Shown: positions 38,073-51,125, counted from the first letter of the stretch. The stretch is 64,000 bases of DNA from Octopus bimaculoides (GCF_001194135.2 NC_068988.1:10888019-10952018), one strand, 5' to 3'. Numbers and translations: made by a program. The notes: generated by a model not told the origin, from the letters alone.

Positions 38073-38200
38073 TCTTGAAAAATACCAGTTATACTTAGAA
38101 GTAAATGCATACTTCTAAGTATAACTGGTATTTTTCAAGATCTATTTTTTCAGGATCTAATAGCAGAAGTAAATGCATACTTCTGCTATTAGATCCTGAA
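38073..38200. repeat. Two adjacent perfect hairpins (31-bp and 23-bp stems) with the same 6-nt loop
   Basis: 38073-38103 is the exact reverse complement of 38110-38140, and 38149-38171 of 38178-38200; both loops are aatgca. Confidence 0.97.
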
Positions 38201-41200
38201 GTCTTTCCAAGTGCTTTTTCCTGATTATGTTAGTTGATGACGTAGTCTGTGCCATTAAACTCCAAGTAACTTAGAACTGTCTCTGAACATAACACAACTC
38301 GTCATGTTTTGTTTGACAACGTGTGGTGAAATCTATGACAGATCTTCATTTTCGGATTTGTATAAAAGGCCAGCAACAGGGAACATTTCAAAATGGATTC
38401 ATTCATCTCAGTTATGAATCCTTTTTTACACTAATACTGTCTTGTTTGAAAACCAAATTTGATTCCTGTATTTAGCCCATGCTTACCAGAAACATACACG
38501 CAATGAAATGCACGCGCTCACGTAATCTATCTATCTATATATCTATACATGTGTCTGTCTGTCTAACTAACTAACTATCTCTCTCCCTATATANNNNNNN
38601 NNNNNNNNNNNNNNNNNNNNNNNNNNNNNNNNNNNNNNNNNNNNNNNNNNNNNNNNNNNNNNNNNNNNNNNNNNNNNNNNNNNNNNNNNNNNNNNNNNNN
38701 NNNNNNNNNNNNNNNNNNNNNNNNNNNNNNNNNNNNNNNNNNNNNNNNNNNNNNNNNNNNNNNNNNNNNTATATATACTGACAGACAGACAGACAGAAAT
38801 AAAGCACGTACATCCATACATATGTGTAGTGAATCGCTTCTCAGATTCTTATCCAAGATTCAAATACCATACTAGATCTCCCTATGAGTTCCTTCATAAC
38901 ATGACCGGCGTCGTCAGCTTGAAATTCGGGAGAGTCGATTGTTAACGTGTGACCATTTTGTGTCAGGCTTATTTCGAAGGAGATAACAGATGAAAATTAT
39001 GTCCTTTAGGTCCATCTCATTTATTTAGGGTCAAATACGAATATAGATGTCAAGTTCAGTTATATCTTTTTCTCCTGACCGCAGGGCTAAGAGGTTAACT
39101 TCACGTGTAGCTTGTCTCTCAGGGACCAGACAACATCCATCGTCACTACTTGCCAAACCAGAGAGAGAGAGAGACATTGTCTTATTCTTCCTCTCTATTT
39201 CTTCCGTCAACTTACCAAACCTGAGAGGGAAATTCTCTTACTATTTCTCTCTATTCCTCTCAATCTTCTAGCAGTCACTTAGTGGTCAACTCAGCTACCT
39301 GCGAAGTGGATAACAGCGCGGCACCTGATCTGTGTACGACAGCTGAAAGAAACTTGAAGGCCAATAACGACTAAGTAACTGGAACAACTTTTCTTCAAAG
39401 AGCATAAGGACTATGCAGTCAACAAAACTTATTGAATAATTCTCCGATTTAATGTAAAATTGATCTTCTTATAGCGCGTGTGTGTGTGTGTGTGTGTGTT
39501 TATGTGTGTGTGTATCCGTTTGTCTGCCTGTGCCTGTGTGCGTGTCTGTGGTGTGTGTATACGCATACACGTTCAGAGTGAGAAATACTTTGATAAACGC
39601 ATACATACATACATACATACATACATACAATCATACATATATACATACACATACATACATACATACATACATAGAACTGTTAGCTCAACTTAGCAGTCGT
39701 ATGCATCAGAATTGTTGCTATTGATTTGTCGATAACATTAACATATTCAACTAATGAGCGTAGTGCAATAGCGCTGTCGATATGATTAGCTCTGGACGCT
39801 GTTAAGAGATGCAGAATTAACTTCACATATGTGTGTGTGCGTGTGTGCTGCGCACTCGGGTATTTCTTCGTGTGTGTGTGTGTGTGTGTGTGTGTCGGTT
39901 TGTGTTGCTGTCTGTGTGTATCAATAATCATACGGCCTTTTATCTATTTCAAATAATTGATGTGTAGTTGCTTCCAGGGATAGGGTGTTCAATCACCTGA
40001 GGATAAGATAATTATCGAGAATAAAGGGACTTGTCTACTTGGAATATATCGCTATGCAGATATAGATAAACGCTTCATCAATATCTGACACCTTCCTTTT
40101 GCAATACAGCTCTAAAGTTTTCAGGTAACTACCGTTGCGTAATACACAGTAAAATGTGATCTGATTGTCACGTGTACATTCTTTGCATAAACTTCTAGAT
40201 ATAAATGAAATTTCCTCCAGTTACGTTTGTTTAAATTCTAGATTAACATTCTCGTTTAAACTGTAATTCTTATTTCTAAAATGTTCTTAACACTTGATGT
40301 TTTTACGTAATGATACCTCTAAATGGGTACCGTGTTCTAGACATATAAACGTGAATGTATGGCCTTAGGAATTTTTGAAATATCTGCAATATAATGCATA
40401 GTTATAAAATATCAATGAAAAAGAGCATTTGTATTCGATGCAATTCTTCGACTGTTATATTAGAAATTGTTACATAAGAGAAAGCTAGATAATTTTGTCG
40501 AAATATCTTTGCATATATATTATATTTAACTCTTTTGTAATAATACTTTTAGCACGAAAGTTGCAAGATATTGCCAACAATTATATCTCTTGAGTTGTCT
40601 AGATTGGTGTTGATTATCATAGTGATTCTAGTAGCTTTCCATTCACTGGTGCTTCAGAAGAAAAAAGGTTGGGGCATCAGTGTATTGGAAATTACGAAAA
40701 TTACTACAAAGTATTAAAATATTAATTGTTTCAGTCGCTGTACAGGGCTGCTGATTCGAAAGGTCATCGCATTGATGCTTTTTGGTCGAACAAATCGACA
40801 CCAGTACGTATGCGTTTTTAGAACAACATTGCTTAAGGTTTTGTACAATGAGACACGTAAAGGGCTGCAAGAAACCTGCATTTACTTCGTTTTCTTGACT
40901 CGCACAGAATAGTATTATTAATTGCACCTTTTATTCAACGTATTGGGAATTCCGGAATCCTTAGCATTAGCCCGATGCGAAATGCTATTGCTAATATGTA
41001 TTTAGTCATACCTAATCCAATGACATTAGGAATCAACATGCCAGTTCTTGATTTTAAGTAATCTTATTCCCATTATTATTCATACTAGGAGAAGCATCTA
41101 ACGTGTATATGATATCAATAGCGCCATTTAATATGATTTGTATGGTGAAATATTATTACGTGTGCCCATTATGATTCAATTTTGCAATGAAAATAGGATC

Positions 41201-41519
41201 CAGTTGCATTGATCTATGAAATACTGAATATAGAATTTATCAATAATATTCAGATATTATTTCATTATCTTGCTGTAAAAGTGCGCTAAGCCAAACAGAG
41301 GCAGTAATGGTCAATTAAATTACATACTGATAGTAAAATTAATCATTTGTTTCAAAAGGTAAAGTTACATTAGCAATAAGACAACGACTTGTATAAATAT
41401 TGCAATGTTTAAACGGTTCATATGATCTTATATTCTATTCGTCACTACGTTTAAGAGAACAAGAATCTTCTGTACCATTCCTACATTTTATGATTTTACT
41501 AGAAGCCTAAAGAAAATAC

Positions 41520-41725
41520 TTTTTAATCATTTCTGTCATTTGAATGCAGCCATGCTGGAGCACCGCCTTTAGTAGAACAAATCGATCCCAAGACTTATTC
41601 TCTCTAAGCCTAGTACTTATTCTACCGTTTAATTTTGCCGAACCGCTAGGTTATGTGGATGTAAAAACGCAAAAATCCGTTGAGAAGCGATGATTGGGGG
41701 AACAGACGCAGAGATACAAATAGAT

Positions 41726-41759
<34 letters not shown>

Positions 41760-41929
41760 ATACATATACGTATATATACGACGGGCTACTTTCAGTTTCC
41801 GTCTACCAAATCTACTCACAAACCTCTGGTCGTGCCGGGGCTACAGTAGGAGACTCTTGCCCAAGGTGCCACGCAGTGGGACTAAACCCGGATCCATGTG
41901 GTTGGTAAGCAAGCTACTTACCACACAGC
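41520..41929 (-). mobile_element. SINE family B, full length
   Basis: gtcatttgaatgcagccatgctggagcaccgcc...gccgaaccgctaggtta...[microsatellite]...acgacgggctactttcagtttccgtctacc...gcccaaggtgccacgcagtgggactaaacccgg...ccacacagc. Confidence 0.92.
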
Positions 41930-43244
41930 ATTTCCAAACAAATAAACAAATTGACCAACATCCCTTAATTTATTTTAGCATTAGTTTTATTTTTCTACTA
42001 TTTATACAACTTGGTACCCCTATATAAAGAGATAATCCTGAAATTATTTCTCTAGTTCATTTTCTAATTCACTCTTTTGCCAATCGACTTTGTTATTTCC
42101 AACGATAAGCTTACTGTATTACTATTTAGTATTAGTTTTCACAACTTGTCGGAAGTGAGTCACTTCTGTTTTGTATCTGGGATCGAGGTTGTTTGTTTTC
42201 AGAATAAAAGGGGTGGGGACCTTTTTTGCATCCGTCTATATCACAGAAAACCTGTTGTCATCCCTGAGAGTTCTTTCGTTATTTCATGTTACTGCGAACG
42301 TAGTTTTGTACCAATGTGAACAATTCTCTGCTGCTTCTAGAATAATGAGCCGGCAAAAGTTTTGTAAGATAACTGAAATATATCTAGTGGTTTTCCTTAT
42401 ATTAACATGAGTCATACAATGATGCGTAGATAATTGTATATCGATGAGTGAAAAAAGAGTTTCAGTATATGTGACATTTTTTTTGTTATTGTTCTTTTTC
42501 TTTCCATCACTTTTAGTCCAAAGTGTAAACACTTGCTGATCCAACCCCCTCCCCACTCACTCGGTACTTTTCGCCTGTGTGTTTATTAGTCAGAATAAAC
42601 ATGTTGAATGTATTTTGCAATCAAACTATGTTACAAGAAAGTTGTATATTAGGAAGTAAAATATATGTACAAATAATTTTTGTACTTACGTCTGATTAAT
42701 TGTGCAATTTTCTTATTTTATAGTCTACCGTACACTTGCCATACATTTGTATATATACGCGGTAGACCTGCACGATGTTACGTACAAGTAGAAAATAAAT
42801 AGCTCCCAAAAATTTAAACCATTATTCGTCTTTGTTCTTATAGTGGAGATTATGACTCCGCTTGCCTAGATTTCTACACGAAACAGCAACAGACTTGAAG
42901 CTTCAGACTGCAAAATGGCATGATTCAAACTGCAAAATACCATGATATATTGAACCTTCTGGCCTCAACTCGAAGCCTTTTTATTTCGTCACCCCTCTTA
43001 CTTTCTTTTATTTTATGTATTTGTATTCACTCTGATGAAGCTCCATGTAATAGATCGAATGTGGCCATAAAGCACCGACTGACTTTGGCAGCCGAAACGG
43101 CTGTAAAAGATGTTGTTATGTTTTGTATTAAAAAGTAATTAACCGGTGTTGGTCAAATTCTTATTTCGTCGATGAAATATATTCACCATCTTCTACTTAT
43201 TTAAATTTGCATATTATTATGCATGTGTGTGTATGCCTGTATGT

Positions 43245-43480
43245 GTGTAATTGTGTGTACGACTTTGTGTCTGCTTGTCATCCCCATCGCTTGACAACCG
43301 ATGGGTGTTTCTTCGTGTCCACTTCACTTAGTGGTTGAGAGAAAGAGACCGATTGAATAAGCACCTGGCTTACAAGGAATAATACCAGAGTCCATTTTTA
43401 TTTCGACTCAACAAAAAAACCATTTAAGGCAGTGCTCCATCATGGCCACAATCAATTGACTAGAACTTATAAAAGAATAA
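43245..43480 (+). mobile_element. SINE family B, tail half
   Basis: catcgcttgacaaccgatg...gagaccgattgaataagcacctggcttacaagg...aaggcagtgctccatcatggccacaatcaattgact. Confidence 0.85.
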
Positions 43481-43510
43481 AAGAATACATACATTCATAT
43501 ATATACGCAT

Positions 43511-43564
<54 letters not shown>

Positions 43565-43604
43565 NNNNNNNNNNNNNNNNNNNNNNNNNNNNNNNNNNNN
43601 NNNN

Positions 43605-43641
<37 letters not shown>

Positions 43642-45187
43642 TAGATAGATAGATAGATAGATAATACATACATACAAATATATGTAGGTATACATGTGGC
43701 ATGAATACCTATATGCATGTATGCGTATGTGCGTGACATGAAAGTGAGTGGTGTATGAGAAGTGTAGGAGCATGCGAGCGCGAAGCTAATTAAAATATCT
43801 TAGAGTCTCATGCTGCCTTTTCAATGAAGTTGACACAATTGTATAATTTGGAACCATAACATCTCTTACGTTACTCACTTGCTTTTTTTGTTTTTTTTTA
43901 GTTTCGCACTTTGCATCACCTGCTGCAAAACTAGAGATTTAAATGTAATATTTGTTTTATTATATGCACATTGGATCAGAAACCCTAACCAGTACGTATT
44001 TCGATCGTATAAGATTATGAATTTCCATCTTGGGGATTCGTAATTGGAAATGTAATACGCTGGCAACATATAATTCTGCTTTGCTGTCGTGTGGTTGCAA
44101 TGCGAAAGCAGATAACATTTCGCTAATCATCTTAATTCATACAAATATTAGGATTTCCTAATTTGCAGTAATATACTGAAAATTACTATAAAGTTATTGA
44201 AAGTTTAGGCGTATTCATTTCATGTGCAACTCCATGAAAGCTTCATCAAGGTTAACGCTAATTAATGCTAATCCTATTGTGAACAAACATGGTTTGTATG
44301 CACTCTAGCAATCACGGATACAGCACAAAACCAATACATAACTTGCCTTAATTATTAACACATCCTCCTTCAGTGGAGATGTCATAATTCTGTTTAGAAA
44401 TGCCAGCGAATGGATAGAGTTTTTTTTTTTTTTTCTGTCGTCGGATCCGTTTACATTTGTGATTTATATTGTGCTGGCATCTATTATATTTTTACTTGAT
44501 TAGTTCTATGTGCTTGTTTAGAAAACTGGGAATATGGCATTCTGTATTATGATATACAGAAATTGGAATATTAAAACAATAAAAACGATAAATATATTAC
44601 ACTAATGTATTTTTATCTAGCGTGTCCTCTTCAACAACCAAGTGTTTTAGAGAAGTTCTTCAAATGATGATTATTTCAATAAATATTACATATAAAGAAA
44701 AGATTCAAAGACTAACGATCCAGTTCATTAGAGGAGGTTGCGTTAGTGCTGTTGATGACCTTTGCGACGGTAGTGGACTTTATGTTGTTTATTATAGACA
44801 ATGTTGCTAGAATCACTTACCAAACGTACAACAACGTCCTCGCAGGTGAAACGTACTAGGCCAGCTGCTTGAGAGTCATGGAGAGTAAGTGAAAGTGATG
44901 ACAACACTCATCCGGAACATGAGGTCAGTCTACATGAGGGCATTGTAAAATGAAGTTATTTGCTCAAAAACACACGACACTGGCCGCTCCTACAATCGAA
45001 GCGACGATCTTATGATCTTCATTGCAGCATCCTTGCCATAAAGCTGCACATTTCTGCAGATCAATTGAGGGAAGTAGAAAATTGTATTCAGAAATTTTAT
45101 ACAGATGCAAACGTTTAATATTTGTACCGAATTCAGTTGAATTCCTGATACCAACTTTGTTTTGATCTCAATATTTTCAACTGTGCT

Positions 45188-45399
45188 AAGGAGGCGAACT
45201 TGCGGACTCATTAGAGCGTCGTGCATAATGCTTACCGGCATTCTTTCACGTTCTGAGTTCAAATTCCGCCGAGGTCGACTTTGCCATTCATCATTTCGGT
45301 GTCGTTAAACTAAGTGTCAGTCGAGTACTGGGGTCGATACAACCGTTTTACTCACCTGCTCGAAATCCCTGACATCGTGCCAATATTTGAAACCAATAT
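45188..45399 (+). mobile_element. SINE family A, near full length
   Basis: aaggaggcgaacttgcgg...ctgagttcaaattccgccgaggtcgactttgccattcatcatttcggtgtcg...gtactggggtcgata...gtgccaatatttgaaacc. Confidence 0.9.
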
Positions 45400-46022
45400 C
45401 TGCATATGTATACAGGTGTGATGATAATACATGCAAATGTATTCTTTAATTCTGTTTAGTATCACACATTACAATTGTCATCTTTGAATATTTTCCGCAA
45501 TACAAAATAAATAATTATAACACGGATGTACTCTTACATATATATGACATTATTGGGCAAAATATGTTTAGAAATCAGCAGATTTCTATTTCAATTGTGT
45601 TCTATATTTTGCATCGTATAAAACAGCTCGTTGATCATTATTTCAAACAATACTGTATCAAGGGAAAAGAAAAAAAATAATTTGTTGATTGAGACAACCT
45701 ATGCAGGAATCACTCTCCAGAAATTTGTTGTAGAAATAAATTTTATTAATTAGTCTGTGAAGTATAAAGCGTTCATTAAATTGTGCAAACATTGTATAAA
45801 CTCAACCGAAAAATAAAGAAAATAAACAAATTTTGTGATATTAAATTCGATGGAAAAGAACTATGTGTTTTTTTCAATGAATTAAATCATAAAAGAATAG
45901 TGCTTATTTTCTTCTCTTAGCCATCATCTAAAGTTTATAATTAAATTCATTTCTTCATCTCTCTGGTCTCTTAGGTGTCTTAACACGTTTCATGAAATAT
46001 GAAAATGACAAATCTATTTCAG

Positions 46023-46070
46023 ATTGCACTGAGTTATTTCGAGATGTATCTAACTTATAACGACGTACTT
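46023..46070 (+). CDS. Candidate 48-nt symmetric internal exon (IALSYFEMYLTYNDVL)
   Basis: Acceptor tctatttcag|, donor |gtaagt; length is a multiple of 3 and only phase 0 is open. No family recognised. Confidence 0.25.
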
Positions 46071-46479
46071 GTAAGTAAGTATAGAAATATCTGAAGTCTT
46101 TCGCACGATTTTCAATCATGACATTTAGAATAATTTTTTAAGTCAAATGTTAATTAAAAGTTGTAAAACAAAGTCGATTTCTTAGGAATAACAAACCTTG
46201 ACCATACCACTTACGTTATACTATGTAAATGATGTTGCGGAAAAGTGGAGTTCTTTGCTTTTGCAGGAGTGTTTTTAATTAATTGTCTTGACAGGCAGAA
46301 CTGGTTTAACAACACCAGTTTATTCTTGGGTATCTTGGAGAAGACTTTGCCCTTTTAATAATTAAGATCATGTCTTTCATATGATAATATCGTATTATAT
46401 TTACATGTTTATTTCTTATAAAGTAATCCTTGAGTCGAGGCTACATCCTGCATTTGGTCACATCAATCACTGCAATGGT

Positions 46480-46790
46480 TGAACCAATGAGGGAGTGTCG
46501 GGTAATGTGAAAAAGTACGATCACGAGTAGTAATGTCCGTACAGAGATCCGAGGGATCCTTGTGTAACGTATTTTGATAGTTTGCGTATCTCAGAGATCT
46601 GGGAATCGATTTACATGGAGGAATTACTTATCCGCATTGAGAAATCACAGCTCCCATACTACAGACGTGTGGTTAGAATTCCACCAAAATGGGTTGTAAG
46701 CCGTGCATACAGGAAAGCGATGGGTACACCAAGAACGAGCTGTTTCTATTATATATATATAGCGTCAGTTGGCCACGTTTTGTAATCCGA
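46480..46790 (+). mobile_element. RTE-clade LINE 3' fragment
   Basis: LLIRIEKSQLPYYRRVVRIPPKW...GTPRTS resembles the RTE C-terminal RIE..QLRWYGHV.RM...GRPRTRW pattern. Confidence 0.65.
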
Positions 46791-47831
46791 AGATGCGCCG
46801 GTCAGCTCTACTCACACTACGACCAATTCAGGACTAGAGAACTATGAAAATGAATGCGAGGATTTTATCAAAATAATGCTCATTAATATTTGGTATTTGA
46901 TAATCTGTACAAGGAATATGAGCTTTAAGAACAAATAAAGAAAAGTACACATTGAGAAAATATTCGGGACGTCGTGCATTCCTTTAATGAAGATGATGAT
47001 GGTAAGCTGACTAAACTTGAAGTGAGTTCTATTAGGTTCAGGATAACAAGGATTCATTTTCGTTCATTTTCTTATTTTAATTATCCTGGAAATGTTACAT
47101 CATCGTAGGAAACGTATGTTATCCTTATACTTTAAGTGAAATCGAGCAAGACATACGCTTCTTCAGAGCTGAGCATTAGAGCAAATTTTGATTGATGGCA
47201 TAGCATTTATTGGTTACAAAATAGTCTAGTTGCTCATGGAAAAAGTAGGAATGTACCATCGTCATATTACTCCCTGTTACAAGCCTGAAAAATATTATCT
47301 AGTAAAGTGACATAGATGTCGGAAATATAACGACCCCAGTGTTGTTTCTTCGTCTATAAAAATGCAACACAATTATTGCACAATATTTTAAATGAATCTA
47401 AATTTACACAAAAAAATTCAGATTCTACACATAATATAGCTTCAGAAATATGTAATTTTATTTAGGTTTTGAGTTCTATGTCTGCTCAAAACTCCCGCCT
47501 TACGATTGATATACATTGCAATCACCTCGTGTCCTTTCTTTAGCGTGTAACTTTCATCGCACAGTCATTAGTTTCTGACCTCTCATCGAGTTAGACTTAT
47601 TTTCACTCGCTAACATTCAGTGTTATAAAGAATCACATTATAGCAATTATAATTTCAAAGGAAGTGAAGAAATATTTTACACGCATAGCAAGGTGAAAAA
47701 TCAAAGTATATTCACAGCTTTGTGCGTCAGCATATTACTTTGAATGTTAGAAAATGCCATATCGCACAACGTGGTCCAATGCAAACATAAAGCTGATATA
47801 ATACACACACACACACCCACACACACACACA

Positions 47832-47873
<42 letters not shown>

Positions 47874-48619
47874 NNNNNNNNNNNNNNNNNNNNNNNNNNN
47901 NNNNNNNNNNNNNNNNNNNNNNNNNNNNNNNNNNNNNNNNNNNNNNNNNNNNNNNNNNNNNNNNNNNNNNNNNNNNNNNNNNNNNNNNNNNNNNNNNNNN
48001 NNNNNNNNNNNNNNNNNNNNNNNNNNNNNNNNNNNNNNNNNNNNNNNNNNNNNNNNNNNNNNNNNNNNNNNNNNNNNNNNNNNNNNNNNNNNNNNNNNNN
48101 NNNNNNNNNNNNNNNNNNNNNNNNNNNNNNNNNNNNNNNNNNNNNNNNNNNNNNNNNNNNNNNNNNNNNNNNNNNNNNNNNNNNNNNNNNNNNNNNNNNN
48201 NNNNNNNNNNNNNNNNNNNNNNNNNNNNNNNNNNNNNNNNNNNNNNNNNNNNNNNNNNNNNNNNNNNNNNNNNNNNNNNNNNNNNNNNNNNNNNNNNNNN
48301 NNNNNNNNNNNNNNNNNNNNNNNNNNNNNNNNNNNNNNNNNNNNNNNNNNNNNNNNNNNNNNNNNNNNNNNNNNNNNNNNNNNNNNNNNNNNNNNNNNNN
48401 NNNNNNNNNNNNNNNNNNNNNNNNNNNNNNNNNNNNNNNNNNNNNNNNNNNNNNNNNNNNNNNNNNNNNNNNNNNNNNNNNNNNNNNNNNNNNNNNNNNN
48501 NNNNNNNNNNNNNNNNNNNNNNNNNNNNNNNNNNNNNNNNNNNNNNNNNNNNNNNNNNNNNNNNNNNNNNNNNNNNNNNNNNNNNNNNNNNNNNNNNNNN
48601 NNNNNNNNNNNNNNNNNNN

Positions 48620-48819
48620 GGAGGCGCGACAATATTCACGATAGACTCGGCTGATAGACCGACTCGTCCCACACGCGATAGCAGTTGTTCGACGTAAGCC
48701 CACAGCTCGGAAATGGTGGGACACTGTACGAGTGCGTGCAGAACGGTTTCGTCGCTCTGCCGGCATCTCGGACAGGTCGGCCCCGTGTTTCTCGAGCCAT
48801 GCCTGTAGAGCTTATCCCG
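48620..48819 (-). mobile_element. Tx1/L1-group LINE ORF2 C-terminal fragment, well preserved; remainder lies in the gap
   Basis: Uninterrupted minus frame RDKLYRHGSRNTGPTCPRCRQSDETVLHALVQCPTISELWAYVEQLLSRVGRVGLSAESIVNIVAP contains a CX2CX8HX4C knuckle (zf-RVT-like). GC- and CpG-rich; the 5' end is fused to (GATA)n. Confidence 0.8.
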
Positions 48820-48851
48820 ATAGATAGATAGATAGCTAGATAGATAGATAT

Positions 48852-48891
<40 letters not shown>

Positions 48892-48958
48892 GTAGATAGG
48901 TAGATAGATAGATAGATAGATAGATATATAGATAGATAGATAGATGGATAGATAGATA
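48819..48958. repeat. (GATA)n microsatellite
   Basis: Directly visible. Confidence 0.97.
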
Positions 48959-49899
48959 TGAAGAGAAACTCATACATACTCACGCAACTGCACCAACATG
49001 TGAAAGCATGTATTTCGTTGGCTGCTGATGTCCTGCATTCTTTTGATTTCTGTAGCCTTTTTCAAAAGAGCCACACTGACAAAGTTCGTAATTTGCTAAA
49101 AATTCTATTGAATTTCTGTAAAGTTAGAGCAGAATATCATGTGAAAATTTGATGGCGCTTATATTAGGCGTTATATTATTCTGAACACTTCGTATAGTTT
49201 CTTATCTTGCCAATACAATTTCTGGACATAATATATGAGTTAGCAATATGATGAAGCCTTTCACTGCAAGGTAGTAAGTAATATGTGTGTATGTATGGAT
49301 ATATGCATAGATAAATGTATGCAAACTCGCATACATGTATNNNNNNNNNNNNNNNNNNNNNNNNNNNNNNNNNNNNNNNNNNNNNNNNNNNNNNNNNNNN
49401 NNNNNNNNNNNNNNNNNNNNNNNNNNNNNNNNNNNNNNNNNNNNNNNNNNNNNNNNNNNNNNNNNNNNNNNNNNNNNNNNNNNNNNNNNNNNNNNNNNNN
49501 NNNNNNNNNNNNNNNNNNNNNNNNNNNNNNNNNNNNNNNNNNNNNNNNNNNNNNNNNNNNNNNNNNNNNNNNNNNNNNNNNNNNNNNNNNNNNNNNNNNN
49601 NNNNNNNNNNNNNNNNNNNNNNNNNNNNNNNNNNNNNNNNNNNNNNNNNNNNNNNNNNNNNNNNNNNNNNNNNNNNNNNNNNNNNNNNNNNNNNNNNNNN
49701 NNNNNNNNNNNNNNNNNNNNNNNNNNNNNNNNNNNNNNNNNNNNNNNNNNNNNNNNNNNNNNNNNNNNNNNNNNNNNNNNNNNNNNNNNNNNNNNNNNNN
49801 NTATATATATATGTGTGTGTGTGTGTGTATGTGTGTGTGTGTGTGTGTGTGCGTGTGTATGTGTGTATGTGTGTGCGTGTGTGTGTGTGTGTGTGTGTA

Positions 49900-51125
49900 T
49901 ACTGGGTGTCTATATTTTTTTTTACAATGTAATACACCTCTATATGGGCAATATTATTCTCACAAAGCACATCACGATGGTACATGATTTCGCGCCATCT
50001 TTGCCGTGGCATAGCCTCATCCATGGCTGCAATTGCATCTGTTATCGTCTGCTTTATTTCAGTAACGTCTCGTATCATTGTTCGATACATATTTTAACAT
50101 AGCCCCATAGAAAGGAATTCAGAAGCATGATATCTGGTGAACGTGGTGGCCACGGAATTGATCCATCCCTTCCAATCCATTGGTCTGGAAATTTTTGATT
50201 GAGGAACTCCCCGATCATGCAGTGCCCAATATGGTAGGGTGCCATCTTGCTGGGAAAATGATGGGCAGTGTAAGGTCCTGGAGTTGTAGTGTCACATATT
50301 CTGTCAAAAAGTCAAAGTAGTCATTTTCGGTAATTGATCTCACGTTGAAGAAAAATGAACCAATAATTCGATAACACATAATCGTACATTTTGAGATCTC
50401 GCTGAACTTCTCTAGCAACGTGTGGGTGTTCTGATCCCCAGGATCTCACGTTGTGTTTGTTAAGTTTCAATGAAACGTGAAAGGTTGCCTCATTACTAAG
50501 ACAAAATCGCCTGAGGAATGTTTCATCTTCAGAAATTAGTTTCATGATGCGAACTGCAAAACTCTTGTCCTGGTTTATCATTTGGCTCGATTACCTGTAG
50601 GAGTTGCACGTTGTAAGCGTACAATCACAGGTCCTTGTGTAAGACCTTGTGTACTGTTGAAATTTGTAGCTCTAACTGACTGGCACCAGTACGGAAGGAC
50701 TTGTAGGAGAACGACAAAAAATTTATCGGACACGATCAACGATTTCCTCAGATGCTCTACTACGCCCACTCCTCTTTCTCTCTAACACTGTCTCTGCCTC
50801 TATAAATTTCTTGTAACGGACGTAATGGTGAATCTCTTCCATACTTAGTTCTGTAGTTTCGTTGAGTCTGCACATCCGATTTTGTCTCAATAAACCATGA
50901 CACAAATCATGCGTTCACTTGGGGAGTAGCCATTTCTTCGGGATTCATACACAGAGAATGCCTCTTTAATCTACAGAATGCTGAAACACAAAAATGCAAT
51001 GTGATTTTTAAAAAAATGAAAACCACTGAGTACAAGAAAAGAAGTCTGAATAAGATATCTTATCAATAGCCTATGTAATATATTTTTTTTAATTGTAAAA
51101 ACATTTTATGAACACCTTCTGTGTA
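49900..51125 (-). mobile_element. Tc1/mariner DNA transposon, DD41D (rosa-like), near full length, inactivated
   Basis: Minus transposase from ATG 50933 (MATPQ): KRSGRSRASEEIVDRVR, SNEATFHVSLKLNKHNVRSWGSEHPH, QQDGTLPYWAL...FPDQWIGRDGSIPWPPRSPDIMLLNSFLWGYVK (41 residues from D to the D-equivalent N after one frameshift correction), ending AHIEVY. Imperfect TIRs ctgggtgtctatattttttttacaat / attgtaaaaacattttatgaacaccttctg; inserted in a TA/TG tract. Confidence 0.92.

Noticed and set aside
38066-38076. ctgtctctt as a Nextera adapter remnant before the twin hairpins
   Set aside because: Only 9 nt match, inside a CT-rich tract; the rest of the adapter is absent.
42077-42556. Three overlapping 79-90 aa ORFs; likewise the 94-aa minus ORF at 40643-40927
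   Set aside because: No recognisable domains and no consistent splice-site pair.
48620-48819. GC-rich island at a gap edge as bacterial contamination
   Set aside because: It translates to a CX2CX8HX4C LINE zinc knuckle and joins a host-type microsatellite seamlessly.
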